Under the pieces are notes generated by a model. It was not told the DNA's origin, searched no databases, and saw nothing but the letters and a program-made list of their open reading frames with translations. The translations under genes and the position numbers were made by a program. A stretch of 42,827 nt of DNA, from assembly GCA_003614675.1 (NCBI GenBank), contig ML002314.1, positions 1 to 42,827 on the forward strand, read 5' to 3'. The DNA is from Dimargaris cristalligena (taxonomy: Eukaryota). This document shows, piece by piece, positions 35,719-42,827 of the stretch. Positions within the stretch are counted from its first letter, which is position 1; every line of letters begins with the position of its first letter.

Positions 35719-36792
35719 CTATGATCGGTGGATATTGAATTCGGGCACTATGGACCCACGATTTGGGTTACCTTGGTATGCTACCGCATTGGGCTGATAG
35801 GTGTGCTCCGATGGGTAATGGATAGACTCAACATTGCCGATAACTGCGGGGGTCTTATCGCTATAGTAAAGGTCATCCACGTTGTAATGACCCTGCGGAG
35901 CCAGACGGGCTATAATGCGCGGAGTGGGGGCCCGCCAGCGAAGTAGAAAGGTAAACACAATAGCACAGGTACTAATAGAGACGATGGAGATGGGTCCAAA
36001 AAAGCCGACCGTGTCAATGTAACACCCGATTTGCGGCACTCCTGGGAACGAGTTGCGCAGGGCCGGGAAGGCAAATAAGATAGTAGCACCGAACCCCACT
36101 AAAGGCGGAGGGATTTCGCGACCGGAAAAGAGGACCTGCACAGCCATAATGAAAATGGCGATGGAAATAAGCCACATAGTGACCACCACAAAAATCGAAA
36201 AGAACAACGTGGTACTGTTGCGGTGGACCTCGGCTACAAAATCGTACATATTCGGGGTTCCACCGTCAACCTCGATAAAATCCGACTTGAAATTCACCCC
36301 CGCAATCACACCATCGAACAAGAACGACACGGGTACCGGGTTAGTGGTGTTGGTCTCCTGGAACATAATAAGGGAGTCGGCACGGTACGCGTCGAAAGGG
36401 TAGTCCCGAACATTGCCCGTTAGAAAAGGAACGTTATACTCGACATCCTGCATGGTGGCGTTGGCCGGAAACTGCACGTTTTGGATGGCTAAGAAGGCCG
36501 TCAGCGGTTTGGCGAGGATATTGCCTTTGCCGGCATAGGCACCGTAGGGATTCATGGTAAAGTGGACCACCATACGCCGAGCGGGGAAATCCGTTGCCAT
36601 GACCACGGCCTGTACCTCAATGTAGTCCTCCACGGGAACCGACTTGAGGAAAAGGGTGTCCCGTTTGGACCCTTCGTTATGGTAAGAGTAGATGACCAGC
36701 GGAATAACGAGGCCCATGACTATCATTAGTAGGATAGTGTAGATTCCCCGGCGGAACCAAAGGTTCTGCACTTTTTTGCGAAGAAATATCAT
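35719..36792 (-). CDS. DUF4436-like membrane protein (N-terminal TM, beta-rich ectodomain, three C-terminal TMs)
   Basis: Intronless 357 aa. YPFDAY and LFAFPALRNSFPGVPQIG..D..GFF match my recollection of DUF4436 motifs. Hydrophobic segments at roughly aa 16-36, 195-221, 229-244 and 260-284. Confidence 0.75.
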   Translation of the reverse strand: MIFLRKKVQNLWFRRGIYTILLMIVMGLVIPLVIYSYHNEGSKRDTLFLKSVPVEDYIEVQAVVMATDFPARRMVVHFTMNPYGAYAGKGNILAKPLTAFLAIQNVQFPANATMQDVEYNVPFLTGNVRDYPFDAYRADSLIMFQETNTTNPVPVSFLFDGVIAGVNFKSDFIEVDGGTPNMYDFVAEVHRNSTTLFFSIFVVVTMWLISIAIFIMAVQVLFSGREIPPPLVGFGATILFAFPALRNSFPGVPQIGCYIDTVGFFGPISIVSISTCAIVFTFLLRWRAPTPRIIARLAPQGHYNVDDLYYSDKTPAVIGNVESIHYPSEHTYQPNAVAYQGNPNRGSIVPEFNIHRS

Positions 36793-39236
36793 GTTGGGAG
36801 GTCCTCAAGAAATGGGAGGGGGGGTATGGATACGGAGGGGTTGTGATGCTGGGCTCTTGTGGTATGTCCAGTTAGGTGGTGTAGCTCATGAAAGAACTCG
36901 AGTGAGGGCCAACGACGGCGAGAAAGGCAAATATAGTAAGATACTGCGAAATGGTCTGCTAGGTGCTACCATGCAGAGTTCAGCACGGTACACCAACAAT
37001 CCTGGAAAGGTGAAATGAACACAGAGTGCTATGCAACTAGATAGAGATGGAAAATGAGTAATGATAATAATGCGGTGTATCCGGGGTGGCCAACCGGATG
37101 GATTTATACCTGCTCCCTCCCTTTCACCGTGGGCCAAATGCAGTCCATACGACTAGACTAAATACTTGTAGTGGGGGTTCGACAGGAAAGAAAGGGGGGA
37201 ATGGAGGGATAGAAGGAGCAGAGAAAAAGTGGTTTTAATTAGAACCGCCCTTAATGGCTAATAAACGGCAGGAAATCGAGCAATCCTATGGTTGTTGTTC
37301 ATTGACGCGAGGTCAATTAAGTGAATCAACATCTAGGGCACATCTGCCTCCAGTGCCCGATGGTTCTAAATCAAATCACTTAAGGAACAACAATGGTCCG
37401 CCGAAGGAGGGCGGGTGAAAGTTGGCAATGGGCATTCCGATATCCCCGCGTCGGTGATTAGCTCTCGACTATAGACCCAACATAATTCACTTGAGGCAGG
37501 CCCGCCCGGGCGACCGGGACACGTATAGGGTGGTTGACCCTTTTGGCCCCCTCTCCCGTCTGCGACGCTGGTTAACATTAGTGTCGTCTAAGGTTACGGA
37601 AGTCAAGGTAAATAGGGTGTTTAATTTCTGGTGAGTCACGCTCGGACTATTACATTTAATCCTTGTGATATGAAGGGAAAGGGGTAGAGACGGCCGGGGC
37701 TGGGCGCTGGACTAGCTACACAAATATATTTACTGATAATGCACTGATAAATCAACCCATGTATTCCTCCTCATCAGTTTGGTCAGCCATATATTTTAGT
37801 GTATCTCTACCAGCCCCGATTGCCGCTGGCGGCATGAAAAGCCATCGGATAATATGAGTTCGAAGGTATTGACTTTCCGGACCTTTCCCCCATAATGCGA
37901 CAGCCTAGGCCCATGTTACCTACAGTTTTATTTCCGCTCCCCCTCCCAGCTGTTTCATTGGCCGAAATGTCCCTATACTGTCCATCCTTTGATGGCCCTA
38001 AAAGGGAGGGAGGGGAATGCCAACCAAAGTGTACGCCGCCTTAGTTAATTCTTTATATATAGCGACAGTCGTCCACTACCAAAGAGCTGCGTTTAGTAAT
38101 TTAGAACGTTATCGATAAAGAAGATGGCGATCAGATCGACAAATCGCGAACATCCCTACAGCTTTCGGGAGAGGAGAGGGTAACCGAAAAAGAGTTTAGG
38201 GACCTAACTACCACGAACGAGAGGAATGCAGAAGAGGAACTGGGTTAATCGGAATGTACGCTTTGGCCCAAGCTAGGGGGAGAACAGTATAGTTGTATTG
38301 GATGGCCAAGCTAGCGACGGTCTTTAATATGGGTCATGGTGTTGCAGTATTTTGATAGACAGAACCTCCGGGCTGAGGAAATTATAGAATACGTGAAAGA
38401 GGGGAAGGCGGGAGAGAGAGATGGAGAGGGGGGATGGCAATGCCGCTGCTTCAAGGATAACTGATAGACCACAATGCGAATTCATAGTCTACAGTATCCG
38501 TCAATCATACTATTGATAAGTCGAGCGATATGGCACTGTTGGCCGACTTCCATGTCCTATGGCTTATAGTAAAGGGGGGGGGACATGGTAATTTTGCGGG
38601 GTTTTCAGGATACGTAGTCAACACTACACCACAATTTTCTAAAGACAGAATTGATATCATTAGTAAGCATAATATGAGAGTAGCTTGGCTCAGTCGTATA
38701 GTGAAAATTATCTTTGAGATGAATTGATTGATTAGTTAAACATTAATTTTCTCTCAAGTTTTCCAATATCCTATATCCTATATAGGTGAGTTGAATTCCG
38801 CCTATATGAGCGGGAATTCCTTTGCCAATATCACCAAGTGAAGGAATACGCCGAGGATATCCAAAGTAGTTTTCCGAGGACCACGGAAAAATTAAAGAAT
38901 TGGCAATATTGGACATTGTCAGAGAAACAGCCCCATAAATGCATCTCCATAGAAGCGATCGGGTTGTCGGATGGCTTATTTATAGCTTCGTGAGGCTGGT
39001 CTAGTACGACTTAATTCCCCTAATCCCAATGAATTTTTGTGGTTTAACATACCCGCTTGGTGGCCATCGACCCCCCTCTTTGATAGTGACTTGCGTACTT
39101 TTTATTAAATGCACATTACATTGATCCGCATACTATTTTATCTAATCGAGAAATACTCATAATCCAGCCCAGACCTGCAGCTGTTGGTGGTATGTACATA
39201 CATAAAAAAAGAGGGGTAAGCGAATACAAAAAAAAA

Positions 39237-40988
39237 TCATAACTTTGAAGAATTGAACATGGCATCTAGGACTGCTTGTCCACCGGAATCCGGGGTTTGA
39301 GGTTTTGGCCGGTACATGGTGAGTGCATTATTGTAGGGAATGAAATCCATGAGGCCCCAATAGTTACTATGGTCAGCGAGACTAGGCTTGAACCAGCGCA
39401 CCCGAGAGATACAGGCGGGGTCTTGCGCTAACGTACGTTCATCGTAGTGACACACAATGGTTCGTTTTCCACCCGGGGTGATGTAGAGTTCGCCCCTCAC
39501 ATGGGTTAGTCTACCCTGGAGCGTTATGCTGGGGACTATATCATAACCACTGGTAATCCGAATGGTGGGTATTTCGCCATATTGTAGAGTAAGCTGAAGG
39601 CCTTGTTTCCCATGGGAGGGGAACCGAACGTAAATACGCGGAGGCGCGACTTAAGGTCGGCATTGGTTTGGAATAGCTCCGAAGCGCTGATAATGCTAAG
39701 AGCTATAATAGTGCGATAATAGCACGGGGGGAATGGTGAGTTTTTTTAAAAAAATTCAAAGGATATAGATTTATCCGGGCAAGTTAGAATGGGGTCCCTT
39801 ATGGGTAAGGTTCTGTGTCATTGGTGGGTTTCAATTCGTTAATGAATTACGAAGGACCCACGCATACGAGGCACCTGATTGGGGATTAGGCGATACAGAG
39901 TATATATATATAGATGACAAAAGTTAGACCGGGTGGTTTAGCTTACCTCCACCAAGTGAATGGCCAATTAGGTTGACCACGGCTTTGGGATAGTCCTGTA
40001 CTTGTTCGTCCAGGATGGGTTGCCAGAGTGGGAAACATTTAGATGCAATTGGCGAAAACCCGAGTGCACGCGGCAGTCATTTATGTTTTCATTACAGGGG
40101 ACCAACGTACCCTGGATGTCGTAACTGTATGTAGAGGGGGCATCAGGCGTGGATCCCCGGTGGACGACGTAAATGTTTTCCCCTGTAATATCAAGGGCCA
40201 TAAACCCGTAACAGGCATTGTTAAATTTAGTAGGGAAAGGCACAATACGGGCTGGGTTGAGAGTGGGGTCAAGCTAGAGTTCCGGAACTATAATATCCTC
40301 GTTAAGATAGGCAGCGAAGGCGTAACTTGATGGTTGCAGTCAACGGGGAATGCAAACGAATATAATAATAATTGATAATACATATGCGTATGCGTATAGA
40401 GAATATAAATAAGTGTGAGGGTGGGGTTTGAAAAGAAGCCTTCGACCGGGTAGGTAGAATAGTAGGAAAGAAATGCCAATTTGGTCTAATAGATACACCT
40501 TCGCTGATTATAAGATGTTTGAAAAGGCATAGCTTTCGCACCTACTTGTGATATTTCTTATATTCATTAATGGTGGCTATAGGTACGTTGGGCCGTTCTA
40601 GCTGCTTTGACTATACCTCCTCTGGGGTACGTTTAGTCCTAGGGCTGGACCGGTATCGATTGTCTGAGCTACTGGCGGGCGATAAACGGTCTACACTACC
40701 GCACTGAGAGTCCTTGGAGTAAGTCAGTTTCCGCTCTAAGGATGGTATGTTTCGAGTATGGCCGTAATCCATTAGGAACAATCCAATCTGAAGTATTAAC
40801 CAATGGGGAGGAGAGGTGTAGCATTGGTCGGCATACACACTTATATTATTAGATTAGTGGTCAACATAACAAATTTATGAAAATTGTAGATAGGTTCAGA
40901 CAAGTTACCATTGAGGGCAATATATGGAATCGCATAGTTCACCAAATACTTAAGTTTGACTTACCATTAAAATAGCAGGGGACAGCAT
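39237..40988 (-). pseudogene. Disrupted class-3 (Rhizomucor-type) lipase
   Basis: Ordered motifs YAFAAY, VVHRGS, VHSGF, IGHSLGG, FTFGSP, RIT..DIVP, DHSNYWG. Intron 39946-39703. In-frame TAG at 40274-40276 and frame breaks near 40030 and 39575. The 5' exon (ATG 40988, MLSPAILM then gtaagt) is tentative. Confidence 0.8.
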
Positions 40989-41091
40989 CTTTGTAAGAAT
41001 AGAAAAGACGATATTTAAATTACTAGCAGTCAGTATAAATTATTGGAGGGTATAAAGGGTAGTTGAGTGGGATACTAAATCGGAAATGGGC

Positions 41092-41103
41092 CTTTATATA
41101 TAG
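41092..41103 (-). promoter_or_regulatory. TATA box candidate for the lipase locus
   Basis: TATATATAAA on the minus strand about 105 bp upstream of the putative ATG at 40988. Confidence 0.4.
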
Positions 41104-42731
41104 CGCGGAATGATATACCCTAGGGGAAAATAACCTTGGTCAACAATAACGAGTAACTGCCTCATTACATTAGAGTGATGTCTCTAACGAGGCGAGCCAC
41201 TGGAATTTTTGGTATTGACATTTATCTCTGTCGGCAGGATATATTGATAAAGAAAGCTCGATTCGACGGTTCACCCCCTTTATTCTATGATGATAACTGC
41301 CTCCAAGTAACTTCAAAGAATATAACGTCCCATTGTGTCGGTTGGATAACGGGTTTATTTGAGCCAATCCGTAATTGACCGACATATATTAGCGGCCGTT
41401 ACCCGTACTCTGTAGCCCAGGTTACGCACCAAAGGGATGTGAATAAAATAATGCGATGCCTTGAATTCACAATTTAGAATTGGGGACCATAGATCACCAC
41501 ATTTTCACGATAGTACCATGATTAGAAGGGTCCTGTTGGAAGTATAGCGCATATGTATGACCATCTCAATTATTATTTTACTCATGCGACCCTTTCCTCC
41601 TCTCCTGCTCACCATGGCGAACCGAAAGGGGTGATGTGTAGGTATAATTTGGAAATGACTGCCCGGCTCGGAAATGACTTGAAAAGGCCGCCATCATTAT
41701 ATCACCTAATTATTACCAACACAGAGTTTTAAAAATTCAATAATAACGAGGTTGTTTCTGGACTATGTATAACCTATTTCTATACCAATAGGCCAATTCG
41801 GATTGTTAATACATTCGAGGAAATCCGATTAGAAGCAACTTCATAGGTATAGAAAATAATCACATATTGGTATATTTTTATAGTGTGGCTCTTCGGTTAG
41901 ACCCGATTTGATGCTCACTGTATCCCCGCATTCCCGATACCTGGTTCCCCATGTTGAGCAATTTGACACACTCCACTAGTCTGGATGGAATTTTTGTATG
42001 GGAGTGACTCAACCTAACTGAAAAACAAAATGCCGCTAGGTATAGTAGGTTCCATTGGGCAAATACTACTCAGTCCATTAAAATGCATCACGTATATTTC
42101 ATTCAAAAGCTTACACAGCGGAGTCGCACCTCCCTTATATGGTATGGCAACCTCGAGCATTAAAGTGCAAGGGGTATATTTTCCCGTAGCGATGTACAAA
42201 TCTAGTTAATTGAAAATCCCAGACTATACTAGTTGTAATGCCCACTTGTTACATAGATGACCATACAGGAAAAGTTCCGCACTACTGAATAAGGTATTAA
42301 GTAATGTGTCAATGATAAACTCAGTGGGCTATTTTTTAAATACTTTAACTCTGATCCGTTCAACAGGTTTTTTGATATGTAACAAAAATGTGTCTAATTA
42401 AATATTGATAAATATAAGGGGTACCAGATTGTGCTCTAAATCTACAAAAGCCAATCTCTATTTAAAGTAGGAAAACTAAAAATAAAAAAGTTGTAGCACC
42501 AACTATTCCCAAGTGGTCACCCACCTCAGTACTAAATTGGCTGATACCAACTTAACTTCGCAGATCTAACGGGATACGGTGCAAACTAGTACATATGGCC
42601 ACAACTGTATTGTTGTGATAGGTACTGAACACCCTTAAGCTTTGGTGATGTCACCGATGATGTACCTAACGTCCATTAATCAAATTACTACCGTTTTACT
42701 ATATTTAGCTTAGTTTATCAATTGCAATGTC

Positions 42732-42794
42732 ATATCATAGCTATATCCATTTATCACCTTCTATATCATAGTTATATTTCGTTTATCACTTTCT
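42732..42794. repeat. Two imperfect ~31-bp tandem units
   Basis: atatcatagctatatccatttatcaccttct followed by atatcatagttatatttcgtttatcactttct. Confidence 0.75.
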
Positions 42795-42827
42795 GTTTTC
42801 ATCCATCTCTTTATATATCATTAGTGC

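Noticed and set aside
37175-37185. GGTTCGA resembling a tRNA T-loop
   Set aside because: No T-stem or cloverleaf around it.
1-42827. CRISPR array, rRNA, selenoprotein or genetic-code reassignment
   Set aside because: No regularly spaced repeats or rRNA signatures. Conserved genes translate in the standard code, TAG serves as a normal stop (asparaginase, CDD1), and the only internal stop is in a locus that also has frameshifts.

Overview
Eukaryotic DNA, almost certainly fungal: there are GT-AG introns with CTAAC/CTAAT-like branch points and a fused PurK-PurE ADE2. The gene set (RPAP3-like with C-domain, asparaginase-ankyrin, queuosine salvage, DUF4436-like) suggests an early-diverging lineage such as Zoopagomycota or Mucoromycota, which is inference. 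Nine protein genes are supported: ADE2(-), NDT80/PhoG-family transcription factor(-), 7-exon RPAP3/SPAG1-like TPR protein(-), RSA4/NLE1(+), 7-exon asparaginase-ankyrin(+), SLA1(+, with an apparent frame break in a C7 run), cytidine deaminase(-), QNG1(+) and a DUF4436-like membrane protein(-). There is also a disrupted class-3 lipase(-), two copies of a 144-bp terminal-inverted-repeat element (probable MITE) and an 8.7-kb gene-free region upstream of the NDT80-like gene. The strongest novelty candidate is the DUF4436-like protein, whose motif order resembles a Cys-less pentameric ligand-gated ion channel subunit lacking M4 but carrying an N-terminal TM helix. No rRNA, tRNA or CRISPR was seen. 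All family calls come from motif recognition by eye; no searches were run.
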